Source: Alkanindiges illinoisensis DSM 15370 (GTDB taxonomy: Bacteria > Pseudomonadota > Gammaproteobacteria > Pseudomonadales > Moraxellaceae). From it: 32,000 bases of DNA. Below are positions 1 through 10,408 of this stretch, piece by piece. The number at the start of each line of letters is the position of its first letter. Position 1 is the first letter of the stretch. The notes beneath the pieces are model-generated. The model worked only from the letters and a program-made list of their open reading frames with translations. It searched no databases and was not told where the DNA came from. The stretch is taken from NCBI RefSeq assembly GCF_000619845.1, contig NZ_JHUX01000004.1, positions 1 through 32,000 on the forward strand, written 5' to 3'. Both the position numbers and the translations under genes were made by a program.

Positions 1-279
1 GCCAAAAACCAGTAAAAATCCACACAAGTTGTTCTTTACAATCTTTTAATGAATCAGCCCTTAATCTCTTAAGGGCCACAACACCTCGTCAGTGTCGTTC
101 AAATCAGAGCGCGTATTCTATATCATTCACACCCTTTGTCAATCCCCAATTTAGATTTATTTGCAGAAAATTATTTGTTTTAAATTTTCTTGCAATGCTT
201 CATCGCTTGGGGAGGTCTATATTAGCGCATTTGTAGTTTTTTGCAAGTGGTTTTGATAACTTTTTTATCTTTGAAAGAT

Positions 280-313
280 AAAAAAGCCCCACTCTTACGA
301 GTAGGGCTTTTTC
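280..313 (-). terminator. Rho-independent terminator downstream of aceA (bidirectional-looking)
   Basis: Stem agccccact (285-293) pairs with agtagggct (300-308): 9 bp with one mismatch and a 6-nt loop. It is flanked by an A-run (280-284) and a T-run (309-312), and lies 18 nt after the aceA stop on the minus strand. Confidence 0.6.
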
Positions 314-330
314 TGAACTTAATTCACGTC

Positions 331-1935
331 TTAGTGAGCAGCGAACTGGTTCATGGTGTTTTTGCTGTCATCACCAGCTTTCAGTGCATTGTCACCAGCG
401 AAGATTTCTTTGTGATCATCACCAATGTCAGAACCAGCCATTGCCTGGTGTTTAACACAAGCGATACCGCCGCGGATTTCTTTACGCTGAACACCAGCTA
501 CATAAGCCAGCATGCCTTCTTCACCAAAGTAACCTTTTGCCAGCTCATGAGTAGACAGCGCAGCAGTGTGGTAAGTTGGCAGCGTGATCAGGTGATGGAA
601 TACACCAGCTTCACGGGCAGCATCAGCCTGGAATGTACGGATCATTTCGTCAGCTACCTGAGCCAGCTCAGTTGTATCGTAATCAGCGCTCATCAGTTTA
701 GCGCGGTCATAAGCAGATACATCTTTGCCTTCAGCAACAAAACGGTCATAAGCCTGTTGACGGAAGTTCAGCGTCCAGTTGAATGATGGGCTGTTGTTGT
801 AAACCAGCTTGGCATTTGGAACGATTTCCTTAACACGGTTAACCATGTGAGCGATTTCAGCAACGTTTGGCGTTGGTGTTTCGATCCACAGCATATCAGC
901 ACCGTTTTGCAGGCTGGTTACACAGTCCAGAACTACGCGGTCAATCTGGGTGCCTTCGCGGAACTGGTACAGGCCAGAAGCCAGACGAGTTGGGCGATGC
1001 AGCTTGCCATCACGCTTGATCAGGATTTCGTCGTCCTGAGCTTCAGAGATGTCGATTTCGTTAGTGTCTAAATAGCTGATGTATTGAGAAGCCAGGTCGC
1101 CTTTTTCTTTGGAAACAGGGATCTTCTGGGTCAGGTCAGCACCTTCAGAGTCGGTACGGGCAACGATCACGCCATCATCAATACCCAGTTCCAGGAATGC
1201 ATAGCGAACTGCATTGATCTTGGCCAGAAAGTCTTCATGCGGAACTGTTACTTTACCAGCTTGGTGACCACACTGCTTGGCATCAGAAACCTGATTTTCA
1301 ATCTGGATAGCAGCAGCACCAGCTTCGATCATTTTCTTGGTCAGCAGGTAAGTGGCTTCTTCGTTACCGAAACCAGCGTCGATGTCAGCAATAATGGGCA
1401 CAACATGAGTTTCAAAGTTGTCGATCTGGCTTTCCAGTTCTTTAACTTTAGCATTGTCACCAGCAGCCTCAGCTTTTTGCAATGCACGGAACAGGTCGTT
1501 CAGCTCTTTGGCATCGGCTTGACGCAGGAAAGTATAGATTTCTTCAATCAGCGCTGGCACAGAAGTTTTTTCGTGCATAGATTGGTCAGGCAGAGGACCA
1601 AAGTCAGAGCGCAGTGCAGCTACCATCCAGCCAGACAGGTAGATGTAACGCTTGGAAGTAGTGCCGAAGTATTTTTTATTGGCAATCATTTTCTGTTGCG
1701 CAATAAAACCATGCCAGCAGCCCAGAGACTGGGTATATTTGCTGCTGTCAGCATCGTATTCAGCCATGTCCTGACGTAGAATAGCAGCTGTATACTTGGC
1801 AATATCCAAACCAGTACGGAAACGGTTTTGAACGATCATGCGCGCAGCGTCTTCTGGACGAATCGCATTCCAAGTACCGCCTAGTTTGGCTTTAACGCCA
1901 CGAACGTGCTCTAGAGCTGATTGATAGGTTCCCAT
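331..1935 (-). CDS. aceA: Isocitrate lyase, long ~530-aa form
   Basis: 534-aa ORF containing the ICL catalytic-loop motif (K/Q)CGH as 'AKQCGHQAGKV', plus 'PIIADIDAGFG' and 'IQIENQV'. Codon usage is strongly biased, producing long stop-free antisense shadow ORFs. A terminator follows. Confidence 0.9.
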   Translation of the reverse strand: MGTYQSALEHVRGVKAKLGGTWNAIRPEDAARMIVQNRFRTGLDIAKYTAAILRQDMAEYDADSSKYTQSLGCWHGFIAQQKMIANKKYFGTTSKRYIYLSGWMVAALRSDFGPLPDQSMHEKTSVPALIEEIYTFLRQADAKELNDLFRALQKAEAAGDNAKVKELESQIDNFETHVVPIIADIDAGFGNEEATYLLTKKMIEAGAAAIQIENQVSDAKQCGHQAGKVTVPHEDFLAKINAVRYAFLELGIDDGVIVARTDSEGADLTQKIPVSKEKGDLASQYISYLDTNEIDISEAQDDEILIKRDGKLHRPTRLASGLYQFREGTQIDRVVLDCVTSLQNGADMLWIETPTPNVAEIAHMVNRVKEIVPNAKLVYNNSPSFNWTLNFRQQAYDRFVAEGKDVSAYDRAKLMSADYDTTELAQVADEMIRTFQADAAREAGVFHHLITLPTYHTAALSTHELAKGYFGEEGMLAYVAGVQRKEIRGGIACVKHQAMAGSDIGDDHKEIFAGDNALKAGDDSKNTMNQFAAH

Positions 1936-2078
1936 GACATTTTCCTGTCTTGAATGTTAGAAGTAATAAAGCGCCTATTCTAAAAAACAGATAAATATAG
2001 TGCTTTACTGATGGGCTGAGTCTACTTTTTATGCCATAATTTAGCTAATTTATCATTTTAATCTTCGGTATTTATTTT

Positions 2079-3065
2079 ATGAATCTTGAGCGCGTCGATT
2101 TAAATTTATTAATCTATCTCGATGTTTTACTTAGGGAAAAAAATGTAACGCGTGCGGCTGAACAGCTTGGTGTCACGCAGCCAGCCATGAGCAACATTTT
2201 ACGTCGCTTGCGTACGCTGTTTAATGATCCCCTATTGATTCGCTCATCTGAAGGAATGACACCAACCGAACGGGCGCTGGAATTGCAGCCCCGTATCCGT
2301 GATGCATTGTCTGACTTGTCGATGATTCTGGAACCACGTACTGAGTTCAGGCCATTTAGCAGTTCGCGGGTATTCCGGATTATGACCTCGGATTACGCTG
2401 AGGCCACACTGGTGCCCAAGCTGGTTAAAGCCATGCGCAGTGAAGCACCCAATGTGGTGCTGGACTTTTTGACGCCCAGTGATGTGTCGTATCGTGACAT
2501 GGAACAGGGCAAGGTTGATCTGGCCATTAACCGGTTTAATGAAATTCCACAAAGCTTTCATCAGGTGCTGGTATGGCGCGACAGTTTTAGCTGTTTGCTG
2601 AGTGCCAATCATCCGGCAGTTGATCATTTAAGCCTGAAAAGCTACCTGGAAGCACAACATATCTGGGTATCCAAAACCGGTATGGGCGTTGGGTTTGGTG
2701 TTAATCCCGAGAAGTCTGGCGGATTGGGCTGGATTGATCAGGCACTGGAACGCATTGGCCAGAAGCGCAAGATTAGTGTGTTTACCCGGCATTACCAGAT
2801 GCCTGCCCTTCTAGCCTCCAATGTTGACCTGATTGCTACCTTACCAACCCGGATTGCCCGTTTACAGGCTGAAAACCTGAATCTGGTAATTAAGGAACCG
2901 CCATTTTATATTCCGGAATTTGAGTTAAAGATGGCATGGTGTCCGCTATTACATCATCACCCCGCGCATCGCTGGTTGCGCCAACTCATTATGTTTGTGG
3001 CTCGGCAAATTATTGATGAGGAACAACGCGAAATGCTGGCCTTGCAGCCACGGCTTGAACCTTAA
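2079..3065 (+). CDS. LysR-family transcriptional regulator, divergent from aceA
   Basis: 328-aa ORF. The N-terminal wHTH 'LNLLIYLDVLLREKNVTRAAEQLGVTQPAMSNILRRLR' is typical of LysR regulators, and the C-terminal substrate-binding-like region is present. It shares a 143-bp AT-rich divergent promoter region with aceA. Confidence 0.85.
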   Translation: MNLERVDLNLLIYLDVLLREKNVTRAAEQLGVTQPAMSNILRRLRTLFNDPLLIRSSEGMTPTERALELQPRIRDALSDLSMILEPRTEFRPFSSSRVFRIMTSDYAEATLVPKLVKAMRSEAPNVVLDFLTPSDVSYRDMEQGKVDLAINRFNEIPQSFHQVLVWRDSFSCLLSANHPAVDHLSLKSYLEAQHIWVSKTGMGVGFGVNPEKSGGLGWIDQALERIGQKRKISVFTRHYQMPALLASNVDLIATLPTRIARLQAENLNLVIKEPPFYIPEFELKMAWCPLLHHHPAHRWLRQLIMFVARQIIDEEQREMLALQPRLEP

Positions 3066-3086
3066 GGTTTTTGGTTTTAAAAATTC

Positions 3087-3111
3087 GGGCAGATTTTTTC
3101 TGCCCTTTTTT
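3087..3111. terminator. Bidirectional rho-independent terminator between the convergent LysR and AI-2E genes
   Basis: gggcaga (3087-3093) pairs with tctgccc (3099-3105) around a T5 loop. A T-run follows and an A-run precedes it. Confidence 0.7.
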
Positions 3112-3137
3112 AATGATGGAACTGCTTATTCAAAAAC

Positions 3138-4157
3138 TTAAATCAGCTTGGCCTGTTCAAGTTCACTTTTAAGATAAGCATAATAAATTGGGGCTGCTAC
3201 CAATCCTGCCACGCCAAAAGCACCGTGAAATACCAGCATGGCAATCAGTACTTCCCATGAATTGGCCCTAATTTTGGCACCAACAATTTTGGCATTTAAA
3301 AAGTATTCAAACTTGTGAATTAGAATCAGGTAAATCAGGGTAATTACGGCTACTGATAATGAAACGGTCAGGCCAGCAATAAACACCAGGGTATTGGATA
3401 CCAAGTTTCCAACCACGGGTAATAGGCCTAAAATAAAAGTTAGGATAACTAGTGTTTTGGCAAATGGCAGATGCAGGCCAAAAATTGGCAGCAACACCAG
3501 AATGAACAAACCTGACAAGATGGTGTTGATGGTTGAAATTTTAAGCTGGGCAAACACAATATTGCGAAATGCATTGGCCAGTGTCGTAATCCGGTTGATG
3601 AGTTCAGTTTTAAATAAAGGGGGTTCGTTACGCGGCATCACCTGATGCAGTGACACAATGGCACCCAATACCATGCCAATCAGCATGGTAATAAAAGCAT
3701 GCAAGACATACTTGCCCGTATATTGCAGCAAACCAATATTACGCTGTACCCATTGCATGATCTGGTTTTTCAGCTCTTCCACGCTGTTGGGCAGATAGCC
3801 TGGCAAATAAACAGCAAGCTGGGTTTGCAAGTCCTGAAGCACTAGTGTAATCCGGTGACTCAGTGCTGCTGCACCACGTACATCCTGAATGATAAAACCA
3901 ATCAGGCTCCCCACACTAACAATCAAGAAAGCCATGACGATCAGGCTTAACATGGCCACTACTGCCAGTCTGGCCCGCCGTCCATAAATAAATTTTTCGA
4001 AATATGGCGTGAGTGCATTGACCATTTCATAGACCAGAAAACCGGCAATAAAACAGGGCAACAGATGAAGTGGAATGAGCAACAACAAGCCAGTTGCCAT
4101 AATAATATAACTGGCAATCAAGGCCTGCTTTTGGTTTAACAGTGGCATTACGTACAT
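3138..4157 (-). CDS. AI-2E family (PerM/TqsA/YdiK-like) inner-membrane transporter
   Basis: 339-aa highly hydrophobic ORF with about 7-8 helices. It has the family-typical 'LGLLPVVGNLVSNTLVFIAG' segment and a central soluble insert. Confidence 0.7.
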   Translation of the reverse strand: MYVMPLLNQKQALIASYIIMATGLLLLIPLHLLPCFIAGFLVYEMVNALTPYFEKFIYGRRARLAVVAMLSLIVMAFLIVSVGSLIGFIIQDVRGAAALSHRITLVLQDLQTQLAVYLPGYLPNSVEELKNQIMQWVQRNIGLLQYTGKYVLHAFITMLIGMVLGAIVSLHQVMPRNEPPLFKTELINRITTLANAFRNIVFAQLKISTINTILSGLFILVLLPIFGLHLPFAKTLVILTFILGLLPVVGNLVSNTLVFIAGLTVSLSVAVITLIYLILIHKFEYFLNAKIVGAKIRANSWEVLIAMLVFHGAFGVAGLVAAPIYYAYLKSELEQAKLI

Positions 4158-4368
4158 CGCCCTTAATCAGTTTTTGACAAAATTTTTCTTGTGGAATGTC
4201 AGATTGAATGTAGCGTATTTGCTGCTAAAAAGCTGGATTTTAAGGCACAAAACACTACAAATATTGGAATATACAAGCACCCGGGCCTTTAAGGTATGAT
4301 AGGGTAAGCTGAATCAAAGTGTTAGACGGTTTTTTATTACCCGTTAGCGATAATAATCAGGTGTCGTC

Positions 4369-5670
4369 GTGAGCTTACTGCAAAATTTTACTGTGATTGC
4401 TGTGCTGGTGCTGGCATCGGCATTTTTGTCAATCTCCGAGATTGCTTTTGCGGCTGCCCGAAAAATTAAATTAAAACTTCTGGCTGAAAGTGGCGATCAC
4501 AATGCAATAAAAGTGTTGGCTTTACAGGAACAGCCAGGTAATTTTTTTGCAACCACCCAGATTGGTTTAAATGCAGTTGCTATTCTGGGCGGTATTCTGG
4601 GTGAGTCGGCGTTTCGGCCTTATTTTGTAGAACTGGTTGGGCTGGTTTATCGTGGGCCATTTACCCAGACCATTGGCTTTACCCTGTCTTTCGTGTTTGT
4701 CACGTCAATTTTTGTATTGTTTGCCGACCTGATTCCTAAGCGGCTGGCCATGATTGCACCTGAACGGGTAGCACTGGCCGTGATTAACCCTATTAATGTG
4801 TTTATCAAAATTTGCAAGCCGCTGGCATTTTTTATCAATATGCTGGCCAATATCCTGTTTCGGCTGTTCAAAGTCAACATGACCCGTGACGACAACCTGA
4901 CCTTTGACGATATTTCCGCCATTGTAGATGCTGGCGCGCAGGCCGGTGTATTACAGCAGCAGGAACATCACTTTATTGAAAACGTGTTTGAACTGGAATC
5001 GCGCACTGTCCCCTCCTCCATGACTACGCGTGAAAATGTAGTGTTTTTTTCCATTAAAGAAAGTGAAGACAGTATCCGCAAGAAAATTGCCATTTATCCG
5101 CACTCCAAATTTCTGGTTTGTAATGAAGATATTGACCATGTGATTGGCTATATTGATACCAAGGATATTTTGATCCGTATTTTAAATAACCAGTCGCTGC
5201 TACAACTCAATGAAACCACCATTCGCAGTGTACTGACCATTCCGGATACGCTGACTTTATCTGAGCTACTGGATCGCTTCCGCTCCACCAAGGAAAAGCT
5301 GGCAGTCGTGATTAATGAATATGCGCTGGTGGTTGGCCTAATTACCTTAAGCGATGTGATGAGTACGGTGATGGGCGACTGGGTGAGCCCGATGCAGGAT
5401 GAACAACAGGTGGTAAAACGTGATGATCATTCGTGGCTGATTGATGGCGGCACCCCGATTGAAGACTTAAAACGGGCACTGGATCTGGATGTACTTCCTG
5501 AGGAAGGCAACTATGAAACCGCTGCTGGTTTTATTATGTTTATGCTACGCAAAATTCCCAAGCGAACCGATTTTGTTGAGTATGACGGCTATAAATTCGA
5601 GGTCGTTGATATTGATCATTACAAGATTGATCAGCTGCTGGTCACACAAGTCAGCGAGCCACTGATATAA
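4369..5670 (+). CDS. CNNM/DUF21 - CBS pair - CorC_HlyC domain membrane protein (TlyC/CorC-like 'hemolysin family' ion-transport protein)
   Basis: 433-aa ORF with a GTG start preceded by an AGGTG Shine-Dalgarno. The N-terminal four-helix DUF21-like region begins 'LSISEIAFAAARKIKL'. The middle CBS-like region contains 'VVINEYALVVGLITLSDVM'. The C-terminal CorC_HlyC-like region contains 'ETAAGFIMFMLRKIPKRTDFVEYDGYKFEVVDIDHYKIDQLLV'. Confidence 0.8.
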   Translation: MSLLQNFTVIAVLVLASAFLSISEIAFAAARKIKLKLLAESGDHNAIKVLALQEQPGNFFATTQIGLNAVAILGGILGESAFRPYFVELVGLVYRGPFTQTIGFTLSFVFVTSIFVLFADLIPKRLAMIAPERVALAVINPINVFIKICKPLAFFINMLANILFRLFKVNMTRDDNLTFDDISAIVDAGAQAGVLQQQEHHFIENVFELESRTVPSSMTTRENVVFFSIKESEDSIRKKIAIYPHSKFLVCNEDIDHVIGYIDTKDILIRILNNQSLLQLNETTIRSVLTIPDTLTLSELLDRFRSTKEKLAVVINEYALVVGLITLSDVMSTVMGDWVSPMQDEQQVVKRDDHSWLIDGGTPIEDLKRALDLDVLPEEGNYETAAGFIMFMLRKIPKRTDFVEYDGYKFEVVDIDHYKIDQLLVTQVSEPLI

Positions 5671-5738
5671 GCCAATAATATAAAAACAACCCAAACAACT
5701 TAGTGATTGTTCTGATTAAAACCTATTTATGAAAATTA

Positions 5739-5776
5739 TGAAAAGGACTGATTTCGGTTTAATAAAATCAGTCCTT
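5739..5776 (-). terminator. Rho-independent terminator of the DUF378 gene
   Basis: Perfect 12-bp stem aaggactgattt (5743-5754) / aaatcagtcctt (5765-5776) with a 10-nt loop. On the minus strand it is followed by a U-rich stretch (rc of gaaaattatgaa). Confidence 0.65.
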
Positions 5777-5833
5777 CTCAGCCATTATTTTACTGGCAAT
5801 TTTGACAGTCTAAAACTAAATGGCCTGATTGGC

Positions 5834-6052
5834 TCAATGCGCTACATCATGGTGTGTACGCAATTTAGTACCTGTATAAATCAGGTAAATTGCTGATACA
5901 CCAACAAGAATATAAATGATACGTGATAATAAGCTCATTTCACCGAAAATCGCAGCGACCAAATCAAAGTTGAACGCCCCAACCAATCCCCAGTTTAAGC
6001 CACCAATAATTGTTAAAACGTAGGCTATCCAGTCAATCGTATTTAGTCTCAT
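5834..6052 (-). CDS. DUF378-family small membrane protein
   Basis: 72-aa ORF with two helices. The motif 'IGGLNWGLVGAFNFDLVAAIFG...RIIYILVGVSAIY' matches my recollection of the DUF378 pattern. A GGAG Shine-Dalgarno (rc of ctcc at 6060-6063) lies 7 nt upstream of the ATG. Confidence 0.7.
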   Translation of the reverse strand: MRLNTIDWIAYVLTIIGGLNWGLVGAFNFDLVAAIFGEMSLLSRIIYILVGVSAIYLIYTGTKLRTHHDVAH

Positions 6053-6398
6053 GGGTTTCTCCTGTTCAGTTGAGCATTTAGTATGCTGATAATTAAAACT
6101 TATTATGTTGGGTTGATGATAATAGGCAGTTTATTGTGTGAAGTTTGTGTGGTGTTTCAGCTATAAAACTTTAGTTCTATGACTTTTCCTTTAATACTGA
6201 TAATCATCAGTTAAATAAAAGAATTTATTTTTTTATCCCAAGTCACATTTAAATATTTTTTGAACTTCTATTTTAGATCGCCAAAATTAATTTTATGAAG
6301 CTACTTTTTATAAATATTAGAATTACTATTCAACGCAGGCTAGACAAAATGCCCAGCCTTTCTTCTTTCCAGCAACTTTATATTAACATCTAGAGTGC

Positions 6399-7772
6399 TT
6401 ACATCCACTGTAATTTATCCCTGAGTTTCACCACTTCACCGATAATGGTTAATGTTGGCGCGGCAATGCCACTGCCCTCTACCTTGGATGCAATGTCAGC
6501 CAGCGTACCAACCACTACAGTTTGTTCCGGTGTTGTCCCTTTGGACACCAGAGCAACCGGCATCTCCGGGCGCTGGCCATGTGCAATGAGTTGCTGGCAG
6601 ATTTTTTCCAGACCTACCAGTCCCATATAAAGTACCAGTGTCTGGTTTTCATATACCAGTTCTCGCCATGGCAACTCGGGTGAACCTTCCTTTAGATGGC
6701 CTGTCAGGAAACGGACACTTTGCGCATAATCGCGATGGGTTAATGGAATACCTGCATAGGCTGAACAGCCTGAGGCCGCCGTTATACCAGGTACCACCTG
6801 AAACTTGACCTTGGCAGCAAATAGCTCTTCAATTTCTTCACCCCCACGGCCAAAAATAAATGGATCACCGCCTTTAAGACGGCAGACACGTTTGCCTTCC
6901 TGCGCCAGTCGCACCAGCAGAGCATTGATACCTTCCTGTGGCACCGCATGATTAGAGCGGGCCTTACCCACATAAATCCGGTCTGCATCACGACGGCATA
7001 AATTCAGGATAGGTTCGGATACCAGACGGTCATACACGATCACATCAGCTTGCTGCATCAGACGCAATGCCTTGAAGGTGAGTAAATCCGGATCGCCTGG
7101 CCCGGCGCCAATCAAATAAACTTCACCGTGCGGGTTTTGCCAGCTATCAATGAATTCAGGCATGCCAGCATTGGCCTGCGCTATATTCCCAGCCAGTACC
7201 TGCTCGGCAACTGGACTGATATACAGTTTTTCCCAGAACACCCGGCGTTGGTCGGGATTGGTAATTTTTTCCTTGACCGCTGGACGCCATTGCCCTGAAA
7301 AAGCCACCAGATCGCCCAGACGCGCAGGCAAAATGCCTTCAATTTGCGTGCGCAACTGACGTGCCAACACTGGTGATGCGCCACCAGTTGCAATGGAAAT
7401 CAGTAAAGGTGAGCGATCAATAATCGCTGGCATCATAAACCGGCAATGTGGTGGGTCATCGACCGAATTCACCAGAATATTTTTAGCTTCGCAGTCAGCA
7501 AATACCTGAGCATTAACATTGGCATCATTGGTAGCTGCAATCACCAGACGATAGTGATTTAACTCAAGCTGTTGTGAATAGACAGCAGGCAGATATTGCC
7601 CGCAGGTTTTTTCAACCAGTGCCTGTAGTTGTGGCTCAATAGCGGGCGCCAGCACATCAATACAGGCACCCGCATCTGCCAGCAGTTGTGCCTTACGCCA
7701 TGCAATATTGCCACCTCCCACAATTAAACAACGCTGCCGGGAAAGCTTTAAGGTAATTGGCAATAAATCCAT
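6399..7772 (-). CDS. cysG: Siroheme synthase (precorrin-2 dehydrogenase/sirohydrochlorin ferrochelatase + uroporphyrinogen-III C-methyltransferase)
   Basis: 457-aa ORF. The N-terminal Rossmann motif is 'CLIVGGGNIAWRKAQLL'. The C-terminal methyltransferase region contains 'GEVYLIGAGPGDPDLLTFKALRLMQQADVIVYDRL' and 'RLKGGDPFIFGRGGEE'. Confidence 0.9.
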   Translation of the reverse strand: MDLLPITLKLSRQRCLIVGGGNIAWRKAQLLADAGACIDVLAPAIEPQLQALVEKTCGQYLPAVYSQQLELNHYRLVIAATNDANVNAQVFADCEAKNILVNSVDDPPHCRFMMPAIIDRSPLLISIATGGASPVLARQLRTQIEGILPARLGDLVAFSGQWRPAVKEKITNPDQRRVFWEKLYISPVAEQVLAGNIAQANAGMPEFIDSWQNPHGEVYLIGAGPGDPDLLTFKALRLMQQADVIVYDRLVSEPILNLCRRDADRIYVGKARSNHAVPQEGINALLVRLAQEGKRVCRLKGGDPFIFGRGGEEIEELFAAKVKFQVVPGITAASGCSAYAGIPLTHRDYAQSVRFLTGHLKEGSPELPWRELVYENQTLVLYMGLVGLEKICQQLIAHGQRPEMPVALVSKGTTPEQTVVVGTLADIASKVEGSGIAAPTLTIIGEVVKLRDKLQWM

Positions 7773-7819
7773 GACACACTCACTATCGGGTTGGCACTAA
7801 AAGGTCAATTGATGAGCGG

Positions 7820-9094
<1,275 letters not shown>

Positions 9095-9242
9095 TCATGG
9101 ATAACAGCAAAAAAGATTGCCGATAGTGTAAAGGCTAGACAATTGAAAATATAGGGGCAACCACGACTGATCGCTAAAGACTCGCCTAAGCTATAAAGCC
9201 GCCCGGTGCCATGTTTGCCGTGGCCTCTTTTAAAAGACTGCC

Positions 9243-10286
9243 CTACAAAACAGTAGGTAAAAAATTATGGGCAAATGGTGGCCTTGCCTGTTGCACCAGA
9301 TACTCCATATAGCGAACCTGTGCCATAGCCACGGGAAAGTTCATAAAGCCTACGCCTGCACCGGCATTCACCTCGTAAATGTAGACCCTGCCCTGTTCGG
9401 TAATGGCAACATCAAGCCCCAGCGCATCCAGATAATAAGGATAGAAAGTCTGGAATCTGCTGGGAAACTCACGGGCTATGCGCAAGATTTCCGCATGCAC
9501 AATATTTTTCACGGCAGGAAACTGCTGTTCCAGGAACAGGGTTTCGCGGGTGCTTATCAATGCTCCCTGCATGCCGTTGGTAACGGTATGACTGGCATCA
9601 AGGTTGACATAGGGAAAATATTTAATCAGCTGCCACTCGGCATTTTCACCACGAGCCAGATGAATGCGCCATACGATGGTTTGTCCCTGCCGGGTTAGCC
9701 CCACAATATAGGGACTCATCAGATAAGCTTTGCCATGAATATTTTTCTGGTAAAAACTGTCCAGCTGATCCAGCGCAATAAACTCGTTTTGTTGTTGATG
9801 CTGAACCTGTACGGTATGACCGTTGAGAAACAGGGTATAAATTCCTCTGGCCTGAAGACCTGCCGTAGGTTTTAAAATCACTCTCTGATGCATGTGCAGA
9901 TAGACTGAAATCTGGGGCGCATGCTGTACGGGGATAACTTCAATCAGGTTTTGCTGAATACAGTCAATTTTTTCCAGTTTTTCCGAGACAGCAGCCTTAC
10001 TACCAATCCGGTGTGTCGTAAAAGGAATCTGTTCGGCCAGCTTAAGATAGATGGGCTTGTCCTCTATGGCCATTGTAAGGCGATTCTGGATCACATGAGG
10101 AAAGGGAAAGCTCTGCTTAATAATTTTGTCCTGAATCAAGGTTTTCCCTGCAATGATCCGTTTTTCAAAATCAACATTGCTTGCGGTAAATACAAAAGCA
10201 TCATGTCCAAAGGCCTTTGCCACGGTAATTAGGCATTTTTCCAGATCGGTCAGACTGGCGACCCTTTTTAGTATTCCTATCCGCAT
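9243..10286 (-). CDS. YheC/YheD-like ATP-grasp family protein (orphan, function unknown)
   Basis: 347-aa ORF. Its blocks are colinear with B. subtilis YheC/YheD as I recall them: 'IGIL' near the N-terminus, 'FPHVIQNR', 'VILKPTAGLQARGIY' (the KPxxGxxGxGI ATP-grasp loop), 'TVTNGMQGALIS' and 'LGLDVAITEQGRVYIYEVNAGAG'. There is no Walker A motif, so it is not RarA. Confidence 0.6.
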   Translation of the reverse strand: MRIGILKRVASLTDLEKCLITVAKAFGHDAFVFTASNVDFEKRIIAGKTLIQDKIIKQSFPFPHVIQNRLTMAIEDKPIYLKLAEQIPFTTHRIGSKAAVSEKLEKIDCIQQNLIEVIPVQHAPQISVYLHMHQRVILKPTAGLQARGIYTLFLNGHTVQVQHQQQNEFIALDQLDSFYQKNIHGKAYLMSPYIVGLTRQGQTIVWRIHLARGENAEWQLIKYFPYVNLDASHTVTNGMQGALISTRETLFLEQQFPAVKNIVHAEILRIAREFPSRFQTFYPYYLDALGLDVAITEQGRVYIYEVNAGAGVGFMNFPVAMAQVRYMEYLVQQARPPFAHNFLPTVL

Positions 10287-10355
10287 ACTTTTAAATTCTC
10301 ATTCATGCCTGCTGCCTGCAGTTTTTGCTGTTATGGTTACTGCTTATACTATCAA

Positions 10356-10385
10356 GAAAAAAGGCCAGATAAGCTGACCTTTTTT
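10356..10385 (-). terminator. Rho-independent terminator after lolA (bidirectional A/T flanks)
   Basis: aggccag (10362-10368) pairs with ctgacct (10374-10380): 7 bp with one mismatch and a 5-nt loop, with A6 upstream and T5 downstream. It separates lolA from the ATP-grasp gene. Confidence 0.55.
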
Positions 10386-10408
10386 AAGTTAAGGATGCCT
10401 GTACTGCC

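Noticed and set aside
57-76. A perfect 8-bp hairpin gcccttaa-tctc-ttaagggc near the left edge.
   Set aside because: There is no adjacent T-tract on either strand, and the gene context is cut off by the window edge. I cannot distinguish a terminator, a REP-like element or chance.
191-204. The 14-nt exact repeat tgcaatgcttcatc, found at 191-204 and again at 31751-31764, where it includes the lipoprotein start codon.
   Set aside because: A back-of-envelope estimate gives about 1-4 chance 14-mer matches in a 32-kb window. Similarity stops immediately on both sides, and the first copy would encode only a 13-aa peptide.
241-1779. Long + strand ORFs (241..786, 847..1071, 1084..1779; up to 231 aa) lying antisense within aceA.
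   Set aside because: They are fully contained in the strongly supported isocitrate lyase gene on the other strand. Their low-complexity, Phe/Val/Ser-rich products have no recognisable motifs. They are typical stop-poor shadow frames of a highly codon-biased gene.
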